A stretch of DNA of 64,000 nucleotides from Blastocladiella emersonii ATCC 22665 (GCA_025594325.1 JANHCV010000010.1:1488001-1552000), one strand, 5' to 3'. Numbered from the stretch's first letter, positions 35,883 through 47,044 are shown. The notes: generated by a model from the letters alone, not told the origin. Numbers and translations are program-made.

Positions 35883-37184
35883 TCAATCATCGTCGTCTGA
35901 ATCATCGTCACACAAATGCATGTAAGGCTGATTCCGCCGCTCAATCAATCGCTGCTTGAGGTCGTCGTTCCTTGCCTTGTGAGAATCAAGGTCAACGCGG
36001 AGCTGATCCAACTTGTTCCACACGGTAAGAATAACCTCGAATCCCGGGTCGACAATCGGATTGTTGCCGATGTCGAGGAACCTCAAGGAAGACGGCAGCG
36101 CTTCGGCCAGCTTGATGGCGCCCAAGTTCCCGATGCAGTTGTTGCAGAGGACGAGCTCCTTCAAGAACGGCGGAATGCTCGCAACCAATGCAAGAACTTC
36201 CTGACTTGTCATTCCGCACCACTCAAACGATATGTGCGTGACCGTGGGCGCCAAGAGTTCCTGGAAGCTGTAGTAACAGTTGGCCGGATGTGTCGAGAAA
36301 GGCAAGCAGGTAACGGAGAGCCGTTTGAGCGAGGGAAAGGCATGCGCAACGCTGCCGGCCAACTCACGGACAGTCCAGTTGGCAACGATTTCCGCCTCGG
36401 TAATCGGTTCAGGGGCAAAGTTGTTCCCACGATCCATGGTCGAATAGTGCCATTTCGGAAGCGGTTTTCCAATAACGATTGTCTTGACGGCAGCACACGG
36501 CTCTGTCCGACCCAACGCAACGAGATCAAGCGCATCGTTGTCGAAGAGCGGGAGATCGTATTGCAGAAGCAAGCGAAGCTTTTCCAAGGTCTTTGGCATC
36601 GAATTCGCGAGAGTCGGGATGAACCGGGAGACAAAGATGTTGTCCACATCAATTTCATCGTCTTCACTATCCTCGTCCTCGTCCTCATCGTAGTAAGCAT
36701 TGGGAGGTCGCGCTGCCCGACAATCGTCAATGGTGAATGAGCGTAATGTTGAAGGAAGGCGGGTCGCAAGCGCGATGAGCGCCGCTTCGGTCAACTCGCA
36801 CTTGGTCAAGCCAAGCACTTCAAGGAGAGGAGGGAGGAACGCGAGGTGGGCCGCCAAAGCACCGTCAAACGTATCGCCTTGGATGGAAAGCGAAGTTAGA
36901 GTACTGGGAAGCCAGGACCTGGCCGGCATGAGGCAGCCGTGGCTGATTCGATTGATGACTAGCATGAGATGTGTGAGAGAATTTGGGAAAGTAAGTGATC
37001 GAAGGCGAGCCCAATCCAAGTCGCATAGGTTGAACCAGGCGAGTTTGATTTGGTCCGACTGAGAAAAAAAGTAGTTGAGGGCAAGGATGCCATCCATCGA
37101 GATTCGTTTTCCTGGTTCGGGGGCCAGGGACGAAGTGGAAGATGACGAGATATCGTGACGAGTGCTGCATCCGTGAACTCGCAC
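35883..37184 (-). CDS. RNI-like LRR protein, probably lacking its own 5' end
   Basis: Repeats of LP.SL..L.L..N.I (LPSTLTSLSI, LPPLLEVLGLTKCEL, IPPFLKELVLCNNCIGNLGAIKLAEALPSSLRFLDIGNNPI). Acidic insert. Homology to the upstream copy starts near 37135, and the first in-frame ATG is at about 37097. Confidence 0.7.
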   Translation of the reverse strand: MRVHGCSTRHDISSSSTSSLAPEPGKRISMDGILALNYFFSQSDQIKLAWFNLCDLDWARLRSLTFPNSLTHLMLVINRISHGCLMPARSWLPSTLTSLSIQGDTFDGALAAHLAFLPPLLEVLGLTKCELTEAALIALATRLPSTLRSFTIDDCRAARPPNAYYDEDEDEDSEDDEIDVDNIFVSRFIPTLANSMPKTLEKLRLLLQYDLPLFDNDALDLVALGRTEPCAAVKTIVIGKPLPKWHYSTMDRGNNFAPEPITEAEIVANWTVRELAGSVAHAFPSLKRLSVTCLPFSTHPANCYYSFQELLAPTVTHISFEWCGMTSQEVLALVASIPPFLKELVLCNNCIGNLGAIKLAEALPSSLRFLDIGNNPIVDPGFEVILTVWNKLDQLRVDLDSHKARNDDLKQRLIERRNQPYMHLCDDDSDDDD

Positions 37185-37198
37185 AACAGGAACTCTAG

Positions 37199-38148
37199 CT
37201 AATCGAGGTGCGGAGGCAAGTACGCGAAGTAAGAAGCCAACGGATCGTCAAAGATGTCTTCTCGAAGGGCGAGCCAAGTGAGACTGTTGGGAAGCCAAGC
37301 TCCGGCAGGCAACGTACAGCCGTAGCCAATGCGATTGTTGCCCAGGACAAGCCTCTTGAGCGACTTGGGGAAACTAAGCGCCCGAAGCCGAGTCCAGTCC
37401 AAGTCGCACGAGTTGAATACAGCCAGCTCGGTTTGATCCGAGTGCAAGCTCAAGTTGAGCGCCGCTATGCCGCGCATCGATATTCGTTTACCCGATTTCG
37501 GAGCCAAGTGCGTCGAAGGTTGAAGCTGCTGAAGTGCCAAGTCGCCCGAGGCGACGCGCGAGCCACGGCCCACCGGAATCTGGGCGTACGCGGTTAATCG
37601 GATGGATCGGGCCAACCGTGTAGAGAAAGGCGTACCATTTTGGTCCAAGTCGTAGGAATGCCATCTTCATCGCCGTAAGGATTCGGTTTCGAGTGGAAAG
37701 TGACCTCAACTTGCAACTCGCTACCCGGGTCAAGGTCGAGCAACACGGTCAGCTTCTCGTTGGGACGATGATAATAGATCTGTAACCCGGAGTCGCGCCA
37801 CCAGTCAATCGCGCAATAGTTCCGTGTCCGAGCCGCCCAAGTGTAGCCGTTGAGCGGCAGGACGATCGGCGCGCCAAGCCGGCGACACGCCTCGAGCAAG
37901 TCGTATCGGCCGTCGCGCGTCGCGCGGGAAATGTCGGTTTCCATCAGCACCGCGCGGACGGCCTTGATGACGAGCGGCACGTCGGCGCGGCGCATCACCC
38001 GAACGTACGCCTCAAGAGCAAGAAAGTCATCAGGCGAGTGCATGCGCGCGGCCGCGACGAGAATACGCTCGACGATGACGTTCGGAATCGGCGCCCGCTT
38101 CGGCGGCCCCGCGGGAGTTGCATCAAGTGTTCGTAGCGCTTCAGGCAT
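37199..38148 (-). pseudogene. F-box-like/ankyrin-like N-terminus plus LRR paralog with premature stop
   Basis: ATG 38148; PIPNVIVERILVAA (F-box-like); ATRDGRYDLL..AARTRNYCAIDWWRDSGLQIYY (ankyrin-like). Intron GTACGC...CCCAG near 37581-37634. LRR exon ends LPPHLD* and continues LEFLLCEFTDAALVTISRHLP past the TAG. Confidence 0.72.
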
Positions 38149-38544
38149 GGTTACATGAGCTGGCTAACATATTTGCAAGTCGAGGTGCTCGATTAAACCC
38201 GCCAGCAAGCCGAGCACGGGGGCGCGAGACACTTTCGTCTCACGCGTTGCGAAATCATGTGACCGATCGGTCAGCCGTGAGCTCCGGCGGAAGCCAGGGC
38301 GGCGGCGCCACGGCCGAGCTTCGATGGCCGGCGAACCCTTTCGGGTGCAGCGCCAAGGCGAAGGCGTTGCGAGATGAGTCGCGCGCTCGCTCGCCATCGG
38401 GCGCGCGTCCGAGCTGGTCAGTCAGCACGGCGGAGGTGGCGGAGCAGCAGACGCGCGGCGCCGAGCCTCGCCATGCCATAAGCGCCCCGCTCTCCCTCTC
38501 CCTCTCCGCTCCCGCACCCCACCTAGCTCTTCGCAACGTAAATC

Positions 38545-40089
38545 ATGTCAAACGAATCGCTGCATGCATCAACCGACGCCCTCGCGGCCAGCACCACCAC
38601 TGCCGTTGTGCCGACTGACGACGGCGACCTCGTCGCGCCCGGGTCGGTTTCCGCGACGTCGACAGCGCCGCACGTCACGGCGCCCGCCGCGGACGTGGGT
38701 CCCGTGCACCTGCTCGTCATCAGCCACGGGCTGTACGGGAAGCCCGACCATACCGGGTACCTCGCCAAGCGGTTCGCCGAGGCGTACCCGGACATTGCCG
38801 TGGTGCGTGACCCTTTGCGGGAGGTTGGAGTGGGTGCAAGGGACTGACGTGATGGTGTCGGTGTAGCTCAACTGCTCGTCGTACTCGACCGAGCTCACGC
38901 TCGACGGCGTCGACGCGTGTGGCGAGCGGATGCTGACCGAGGTGCGTTCTTCCCCGGAAACCCCCCGTCGAGCGGTCGCTCACACCCGCCCCGATACCCG
39001 TAGATTGAAGAATTCGAGGCGACGCGGCCAGTCAAGCAGATCTCGTTCCTCGGGTACTCGCTCGGCGGGCTCATCATCCGGTACACGATCGGCCGGCTGC
39101 ACCAGCGCGGGTACTTTGACCGCGTTGAGCCCATGGTACGCTTCCTCCCTCACAACCGTTCACCCGACCCGCGCTCACACTTGTATATCCCGTAGAACGC
39201 CATCACCATGGCGACGCCGCACCTCGGCGTGTCGGGCCGCCCCGCGTACATCGCGAACCTGATCCTGTACCGTTCGGGGTCGCACTGCACGCTGACGGAC
39301 ACGGACTACGGCGCGCCGCTGCTGTGGGTCCTGTCGGACCCGACCCTCCCGTTCATCCAGGGCCTGAAGCGGTTCAAGCACGTGCTGTTCGTCGCCAACG
39401 CCGTGGGCGACCGCACCGTCCCGTTCCTCTCCGCCTCAGCGCGCACCGCGGACCCGTACCACGGGACGGTGCACGAGCCCGTCGACCCTCTAGTCCCCGA
39501 GATCGTGCGCCCCGCCGCCGAAGCGCCCCCGCGCACGTTCCTGGGGACCGCGGGCGAGACGGTGGGGGCGGCGGCGCGCACGGGCGCGTTCGTGGTGCTG
39601 CTGCTTCCCGTGTTCACGCTGGTGTGGATCTTCCTGGCGCCGTACGGGTACTACCAGTCGCGGCGCGCACACGACCGGTTCACGCGCGGCGCGGGCGGCG
39701 GCGGTGTGGGCGGCGGGATCGCGAGCAAGGTGCAGCCCGTCGTCGACAGCGTGCGGCGCAGCTCCGTGTCCCCCACTCCGACGACCAAACTCGGGCTTGT
39801 GGGGCAGGACAGCCTGAGCGAGCTGGGCCACGGGATGCCTGAGGCCGAGGCGGTCGAGGCGGTGGTGCGCGCCGAGACGGCCGAGACGGCGGCGACTGGG
39901 GTGACGCCCGACGAGTACCGGGCGCGGATCGTGGACGCGCTCGACGCGGAGCTGCCGGGCCTGCGGCGCATCGACGCGCACCTCGGCGAGTGGCGGCACA
40001 CGCACGCCTTCATCGTGGTGCGCAACCCGGCCGTGCACATGGCGGGCGCGCCCGTGGTCGAGTATGTGGTGCGGGAGTTTGTGCGCTGA
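38545..40089 (+). CDS. DUF676 putative serine esterase/lipase (Rog1/Lpl1-like)
   Basis: LLVISHGLYG, TLDGVDACGER, nucleophile motif ISFLGYSLGGLIIRY, TMATPHLG, FVANAVGDRTVPF. Three short introns. Confidence 0.9.
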
Positions 40090-40171
40090 CGCTGATAGAG
40101 ATACCTCCCGCGTGGGTGATACACAAGAATGAGATGCGTTGAACAAAACGTGGGATGCGGGGCGGATACAA

Positions 40172-40348
40172 TCAGGCGGCCATGCGAGCCTCGTCCTCGA
40201 ACATGTGCTCGGGGACGACCTCGGGCTTCTTGCGCCCGCGGCGGGGCGACTCCTTCTTGGGCTGCGGCACGGGCTCGTCGTCCTCGTCGTCGTCGACCTC
40301 CTCGATGATGTTGTCGATATCGTCGTCGTCGCTGTCCTCGGCGCCCAT

Positions 40349-40397
<49 letters not shown>

Positions 40398-40980
40398 CCG
40401 CGGAACTGCGAGAAGTCCATGCCGCCGGGCCCGCCGCGGCCAGCCGCCATGCCGCGGAACATTTCCTCGGCGGTCATGCCACGCGTCGGGTCGGCCTCGT
40501 CGTCGGCGTCCTTCGCCTCGTCGTCGCTGTCGTCCTCGTCGCGCCAGCGGGCAAAGTCGGTCTTGAGCCACGCGGGCTTGGCCTTGCCCGCGAGGAGGCG
40601 CGGCCACCACGCCTCCTTGGCCTTGGCGAGGGTGACGTGGACGAGGCGCGGCTGGACGGTGTAGCGCGAGGCGTGCACGTCGATGTTGGCGTGCAGCGGG
40701 ATTTCGGCGCGGTAGAACTTGGGTTCCATGCCGGCGCCCGTGCCGCCGCCGCGCGCCTCGAAGACGACCTTGTCGGCGGCGAGCTCGACGCGCGGCGACT
40801 CGCAGTCGTGCACCTCAATGGTCAGGTACACGAGCCCCGCGCGCTGCGCCCACAGCACCGTCGGCTGCGCCGGGTGCGCCTTGGAGGTGCCGGGAGTCTG
40901 GACGCGGTGGAGGGGCGGGGCGTGAGCGTCGTCGAGTGCGGGGCGGGGGCGGCACGGCGCACGGTGCGTACGGTAGACAT
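40172..40980 (-). CDS. SBA1: Hsp90 co-chaperone p23 (Sba1/Wos2)
   Basis: PTVLWAQR..VYLTI, WWPRLL, KPAWLKTDFARWRDEDD, and an acidic/GGM tail. ATG TCT ACC, then an intron GTACGC...TCCAG. Confidence 0.93.
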
Positions 40981-41131
40981 GGTTGCGGGGAGTGGTTGAT
41001 GCGTAGCGGGCAGCGTTCAAGGCTGACTGGGTGCGGTCTCAATAGAGCAGGGAGCGGGAGCGAGCGAAGCGTGCACCGCCGGGAGCGATCGCCCGCGGCC
41101 ACGCGAACGCGTCGGCGCGCGTCACGTGTCC

Positions 41132-41146
41132 TGAACGTTCGCGAAA
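41132..41146. promoter_or_regulatory. Perfect heat-shock element (nGAAn nTTCn nGAAn) in a bidirectional promoter
   Basis: tGAAc gTTCg cGAAa lies midway between the p23 ATG (40980) and the Hsp40 ATG (41285). Confidence 0.8.
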
Positions 41147-41284
41147 GAGCAAGTCTTTTCCGCCCGCTCGCCACCGCACCGTTGCCGCCGCCCCTACAAA
41201 GGCGCTCGCTCCCCCGCGCCGTCCCTGATCCGCTCCCGCATCACATCACATCACACCCACACTTTCTGCTACGCAATCAACGCC

Positions 41285-41794
41285 ATGGCCGGAAAGGACT
41301 ACTACGCGATCCTCGGCGTCGCCAAGTCGGCGACCGACGACGAGCTCAAGAAGGCGTACCGCAAGCTGGCGCTCAAGCACCACCCGGACCGCAACCCCGA
41401 CGACCCGTCGGCGCAGCGCAAGTTCCAGGAGCTGTCCGAGGCCTACGAGGTGCTCTCGGACCCCAACAAGCGCACCATCTACGACACGTACGGCGAGGAC
41501 GGCCTCAAGGGCGTGCCGCCGCCCGACGCTGCTGGGGGTGCCGGCGGGTTCCCGGGCGCCGGTGGGATGCCCGGCGGGTTCGGCGGCATGCCCGGCGGCC
41601 ACACCTTCACCTTCTCGACGGGCGGCGGCAGCGGGCGACCGGGCGCCGCGGGCGGGTTCCGCCCATCAGCCGCCGACGATATCTTCCGCCAGTTCTTCTC
41701 GCAATTCGGCGGCGCGGGCGGCGCGGGCGACGACGACGACATGTTCGCGGGTCTGTTCGGCGCCGGCGGCGCGGGACGACGCGCAGCTGGCGGG

Positions 41795-41829
<35 letters not shown>

Positions 41830-42448
41830 TATGGGTGGCATGCCCGGCATGGGCGGCGCCTGGCCACCACGCGCGGGCGGTAACGCGGGACGCGGCGCAC
41901 GGTCCGGGTCGGCGGACCCGTCGGTCGTGTCGCGCAAGCTGCCGCTGTCGCTCGAGGACCTGTACCGCGGCACGACCAAGAAGCTCAAGGTGACGCGCAC
42001 CACGCTGGCCGGCACCGCCTCGGACAAGGTGCTCGAGGTGCACGTGAAGCCCGGGTGGAAGGCCGGCACCAAGGTCAAGTTTCCCGGCGAGGGCGACGAG
42101 CTGCCCGACGGGACGGTCCAGACCATCGAGTTTGTGATTGACGAGAAGCCGCACCCGGTCTTCAAGCGCCAGGGCGACGACCTCGTCGTCGCGCTCGACC
42201 TGTCCCTCGCCGAGGCCCTGACGGGGTTCGCGCGCGTCGTCAAGACGCTCGACGACCGCAACCTCAAGATCGCGTCCGACAAGGTGTCGTCGCACGGCCA
42301 GACGATGCGGTTCCGCGGCGAGGGCATGCCCGTGTCCAAGTCCCCCGGCGCCAAGGGCGACCTCGTCGTCAACATCACCGTCAAGTTCCCAACGGCCGTC
42401 CCCGAAGCCAAGAAGGACGAGATCCGCCGCGTCCTCGCAGGCCTGTGA
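41285..42448 (+). CDS. SIS1: Type II Hsp40/DnaJ chaperone (Sis1/DNAJB-like)
   Basis: J domain with HPD ([23 protein letters not shown]), G/F and G/M regions, C-terminal SLEDLYRG and [13 protein letters not shown]; no zinc finger. Intronless. Confidence 0.95.
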
Positions 42449-42578
42449 TCTGGTGCTCGTTCTCGCACCCAACCCACTCGATGATTGTACATATACAGGG
42501 CGCTTACGACGTCCGAGATTCTGTCTCCTCAGCACCTTTACCGTGGAACTCGAATCTCGGGGCTTGAGCCGCTGGCGT

Positions 42579-44490
42579 TCACCGCGGCGTGCTGCATCGC
42601 GCGCCCGCCCGCCTCCTCGGCGGATCAGCGCGCATCAGCAAGGACGAGAACAAGCGAGACGATGAAGCAGCGCTGCTTCCAGTGCGGACTAGCGCGTCCC
42701 GGATCGTGATGATGATCGAGGCCGTGGCAGCCGCGTCGACGGACGCACGGCGCGGCGGGGACGATGCCGGGGTGCCTGCCACAGCAGCCGTTTCGGACGC
42801 GACCCACACACGGCCAAACTGGACCGCCGTCAGCAGCGCGCGCTGGACCTTGGGCTCCCACGCCTGGATGGCGGACTCGAGGCACGTGGTGAGCGCGCCG
42901 CGTAGCTGCGCCGTGCGCAGAAGCTCCTCGAGCAAGTCGACCGACTGCGCCGCCTTGCGGTTGTAGTGGTCGACGGCGTCCATGAGCACGGCGCCCCGGG
43001 GGTGCGTTGAGCCGATCTTGAAGATGTTCTGCGTCGCGTCTACGGGAAGTTGATCGGGTCAGAAGATATGTCAAGGTGCTAGGTTGAGCGAGCGTACAGG
43101 GGACAATGGAGAAGAGCGTCACGTCCGTCGAGGTGATCTGGAAGCACGACTCGAGCGCAGGGCTCAAAATCACGGGCTCGAAGAGGTCGATACTACAGCG
43201 AAAGTTGGATTAGCTTCACGGCTCCTGCTCAGCAGCTGTGGTGGGAGGCAATCGTACACGTAGTGCTCGCCCGAGATGTGGAAGAAGACGAGGGCCTCCG
43301 AGCAAGGACAGCAGGACGGCCTCCTCGCCGCACCTACACGAGTCAAGCAAGAAATATTAGACTACTGAGTCGAAGCCCATGATCATCACGTAGAGACAGA
43401 CCAGACGAGATCGTCAAAGTCGTTGAGGTCGCAGTCGACCACGGTCTGGAGGTCGAGCGAGCTCGTGAGGTGCATGGACGGCGCGAGCCGGAGCTCGAGC
43501 TTGAACCCATTGGTGACGGAGGCCCAGAAGTTGGCGTTGGGCGAGACGCGGATGTGCTGCAGAGGCGGAAACTCCTGTGACGCGGTACAAGGGCGGTTCA
43601 GCGGTACGTCGAGCGAGTGAGCGAGAGTGGAACGTACGAGCTCCTGGTAGTCCATTTCACTGACCATCTTGACCGAGTTGAGCGTCTGCGCGACGAGGCT
43701 CGACGGACCCCGAGGTGGTGATGATGGCCTCGGGCGTGTAGCTCCAGCAGCTGGGCAGGGCGGCAAGCCCTACGCACGAGCTGAAGCTCAGCGATCATGT
43801 CGGAGTATCGAATGCGGCGGTAGATCGTACCAAAGTGGCAGCAGACGCGCGAACATTGGTCGCACCAGGACCGAACCACGCACGGCACAAACTGGTTGGC
43901 CGCTTTGGTCAGCACCGCAAGCCCGCTTGGCCAGATCTCGGCCGAGTGAATCCCGCTGTCCTTGACCTCCTACTCGTCCAAAGAAGGTCCGTTAGAGCAG
44001 GTCGTGACGCATGAACGAGTGCCAAACGTTGAGTACCTCGCCGAGGGAGAACACGGCCGGGTCGCCGGACAGCGGGTACAGCCGAACGGTCGCGTCGTTG
44101 AGCAGCACGACGAGCCGCTCGTCGTCGGCCCACCCGAGCTTGACAATGGACGCGCGCTCACGGCCCCACGGTTGCGCACGTACGAGATCGCCCTTGGCCG
44201 AGTAGATGGCGAGGGGAACCGACATGGTGGTGGTGGCACGGACGGCAAAGTGCGGCTTGGCCTCGTTACGCGCGGCGCCTGGGCATGGGACCCGAGGTCA
44301 GCACCCCACATCGAGTCTGCTGGACATAAGTAACGGGCGAACCGATGGAAGATCCCGTTGGGGGACACGGCGACGTGGAGGTGGTCAAAGTGGATCAGGT
44401 CCCAGTCGAGCTCGTCGAGGAGGCGGCGCTCACACAGCACGCTGCCGCGCTCGGCGGCAGCCTGCCTTTGCGAGGAGCAGCCGCCGTCAT
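42579..44490 (-). pseudogene. VPS16: Truncated, frameshifted VPS16 (HOPS/CORVET subunit) copy
   Basis: Exonic motifs LDWD..HVAVSPNG, LAIYSAKG..W..IVKLGWADDERLVV, HIRVSPNANF, LVWCGEEAVLL, TQNIFKIGSTHPRGAVLMDAVDHY, QRALLTAVQFG. Apparent frameshifts near the start and near 43300. The C-terminal half is absent because the SIS1 3' end lies immediately beyond. Confidence 0.75.
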
Positions 44491-44951
44491 GTTGCAGGGT
44501 GTGTTGCGTTTAGTTGTTTCGCGCAGAGATACATGGAGGGAGCCTAGTTGCTAGTTGAGGGAGAGCAGGAGGACGAGAGCGGCGGCGCTCAAGGCTGATT
44601 GATCAACGCGACGGCGACCGGGCGTCCTGCCACTTGAATCGCGGCCGTGTCGGATGTGGCGCAACGCGTCCTTCGTTCTCGCCCTCGGGACGGAGCGACG
44701 CGGTCGATAGCTTCGCGAGCTGCAGGCAGGCGATCGGATGTCTCACCAAGGCCACCTGCGGAAGGGCTTCTGACGACGGCGACGGGCGGATCGCCGCCGC
44801 GGCAAGTTACTGATTGGGTCGCACAAGTAGAGCGCGTTTGTGACGACGGAAGTGTGTTTATGACGCGACAAGTGATGATATCAGAGCACATGATACCCGT
44901 CGAGGATGGTCGATCGCAACGACCTTGGCGGCGAGGAAGAGCGCGAAACCG

Positions 44952-45030
44952 GGGGCTTGACGACATGATGGTTGATGCTTGAGGAGGAGGAGGAGGAGGA
45001 GGAGGGGCTTGACGACTTGATGCTTGATGG
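44952..45030. repeat. (GAG)8 microsatellite flanked by a short direct repeat
   Basis: ggggcttgacgac at about 44952 and 45004, each followed by tgatg..tgatg, around (GAG)8 at 44981-45004. Confidence 0.6.
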
Positions 45031-45076
45031 GTGACGATGACGAGGAACTTGAGGGCGAGCGAGACGCGGCCGGCAC

Positions 45077-45804
45077 CTAGAACTCGCGGTGCTTGGGCAC
45101 GTTGAGGACCAACGACGACCTGGGCGGGCACGACTTGTTGACGCGCCAAACTTGGTGTATCTACACAGCACACGGGTGTCAGTTGAAGGATGGATCACGG
45201 AGAGGCCAGGTCAGGACGCGCATACCTTGGTTGAGGCGCGATGGCCGCGTGCGCCGGGTCTCGGACTTGACGCTGATCCGTGAACTTGTTGCTGGCGGCG
45301 ACCTGGCGCGGAGAGCTTGGGAACCTGTCGGCGCAAGCGAGTGTGAGTTGCCTTGCCCGAGCGCGACGACAACAGCGGGCCGAGAGAAGCGTACTTTATT
45401 GTTGACCGTGACCAAGGAAGTCGACCGTGAACTGCTTGCCCGCCGCCACTGCCGAGCCCGGCTCGTGGCGCGGGACCGCGCGACCAGTCGCCCGACACCC
45501 GACGCTATGAATATAGCTCGCCGATATTCCCGACACGTGCCAGGAGGGCAGTGCGTACTCTGAAGGCGTGTCGGGCATGCACGTCGAGCGAGTGTGGCCG
45601 CGATCCCGATCCCGATCCCGTACCGCGAGCCGATCGTGAAGAGCTGGAGGGTGGTGCGGATGGCGCGGATGATGTTCTCGAGAGTCTACACGGATCACCG
45701 AGCGTGAGTTGCCCGCGGACGAGGCGTACCTCGTTGTCGACCGCGACCGAGGACTTAACCGCGAGCTGCGCGGCCGGCCGGAGCTCATGCCCGCCATGTC
45801 GCAA
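45077..45804 (-). pseudogene. Spliced gene remnant of unknown family
   Basis: Several canonical GTACGC/GTATGC...AG introns. Exon pieces AVKSSVAVDNE|TLENIIRAIRTTLQLF and VTVNNK|VPKL..STK|IHQVWRVNKSCPPRSSLVLNVPKHREF*. Frames do not join cleanly in the middle. Confidence 0.35.
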
Positions 45805-46339
45805 GGGTGGCTCGATGCGGACGCGTCGCCGTCGGCGGACCGCACTCGCTGGCGGTGGCGGCGAGGCTGAAGCAGCGTGATTGGGTCGATGTCATAGAGT
45901 GGTGTGCGGTGGGTGGCGAGGAGCACAGCTTTCGGCTCGGATCGAGGCGAGGAGGAGGGGCGAGCGCGGGCGGGTGCCCCGCCGCGGTGCGTGCCGCGAT
46001 GCCCAGGCTCGTATCGTCTCTTGGTGCAACGCGTGGGGACGGGCGGGCATGCTCCACTCGCCGCTGTTGCTCTCGCTCTCGCTCGCAAATTTTCGACCCG
46101 GTTGAGTGCGAGAAGGGAGACGCGTGGCGGAGAAAACAGGGAGACGGGAGACGCGTCTCGGCCTACCACGTGAGCAGCCGCGAGACAATTCCGCGATCAC
46201 TCCGAGTGACCCACATCGGCGCCCCGCGCGCTCTCCGGTCGCTCTACTACGCCCTCGACCCGCGCGTGACTCCCGCCTCGTCCACGCGCGCCCAGGACCG
46301 GACGGCTGACCCGCTCGTCCTCGCCATCGCCCCGTCTAG

Positions 46340-46917
46340 ACCCGTGGAGCAAGCTGTTCCGCAACGTCTCGGACAAGCACCTCCGACACTTTGTCGAGGC
46401 GGTCACCGACAGCGGCCTGTGTAACGTGGGGGTGTGGACCGCCGCCATGGACGAGGGCGCGGCCAAGCGGTGCCTGTCCCGCCGGCTGGGCGCGCGCTTC
46501 GCCATGGCGCGCGTCCCGTACTACTGGGCCGCCGGTGGCGAGTACGCAACGTCCAAGGAGCCCGGGGGCGTCCTGGTCAAGAGCCCCGCCAAGGTGCTCG
46601 CGTGGCCCTACGCGCACGACCACATGCTCATGGTCCTGATTGAGGACTCGGGCGCCGCCGCGCATGCCAACGTGATCGTGGCCCCCGAGTTCGCCGCCGA
46701 CGGGGCCGACGAGGCTGCCGACGCGGGCCAGATCGGGTCGACGCCCGCCCTCACGGCCGCCAAGGTGGTCACGCAGCTCGCCAAGTACCTGCAGGGCGTG
46801 TGCGGGGCCATGCCCGTCGACGTGCGCGACTTTGTCCGTCAGTGCCCGTTCGAGATCGCCACCACGGCGTCGAGTTCGTCGAGCTCGGCCGCGACGTCGA
46901 TTTCGGCGGCTGAGTGA
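46340..46917 (+). pseudogene. FCP1/NIF-like HAD phosphatase-fold fragment lacking the N-terminal DxDxT motif
   Basis: HLRHFVEAV..NVGVWTAA, GVLVKSPAKV and MVLIEDS..ANVIVAPEF parallel NIF-domain motifs. The frame is closed upstream at about 46266. Confidence 0.45.
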
Positions 46918-46993
46918 GCCCCGTCGAGGCGGCGGCGGCGGTCGTCGTGCTCTTCTGGTTGTCATTTGTCTGCCATACCCCCTCGACCCGACC

Positions 46994-47044
46994 ATACCCT
47001 ACCCTACCCTACTCTACCATACCCTACCCTCGTCCCTCGTCCCT
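46994..47044. repeat. (TACCC)n then (CCCTCGT)n simple repeats
   Basis: ataccctaccctaccctactctaccataccctaccctcgtccctcgtccctc. Confidence 0.7.

Noticed and set aside
40340-41835. (GGCATGGGC)n repeats in p23 and Sis1
   Set aside because: They encode the well-known Gly/Met-rich regions of these chaperones and are not an independent repeat system.
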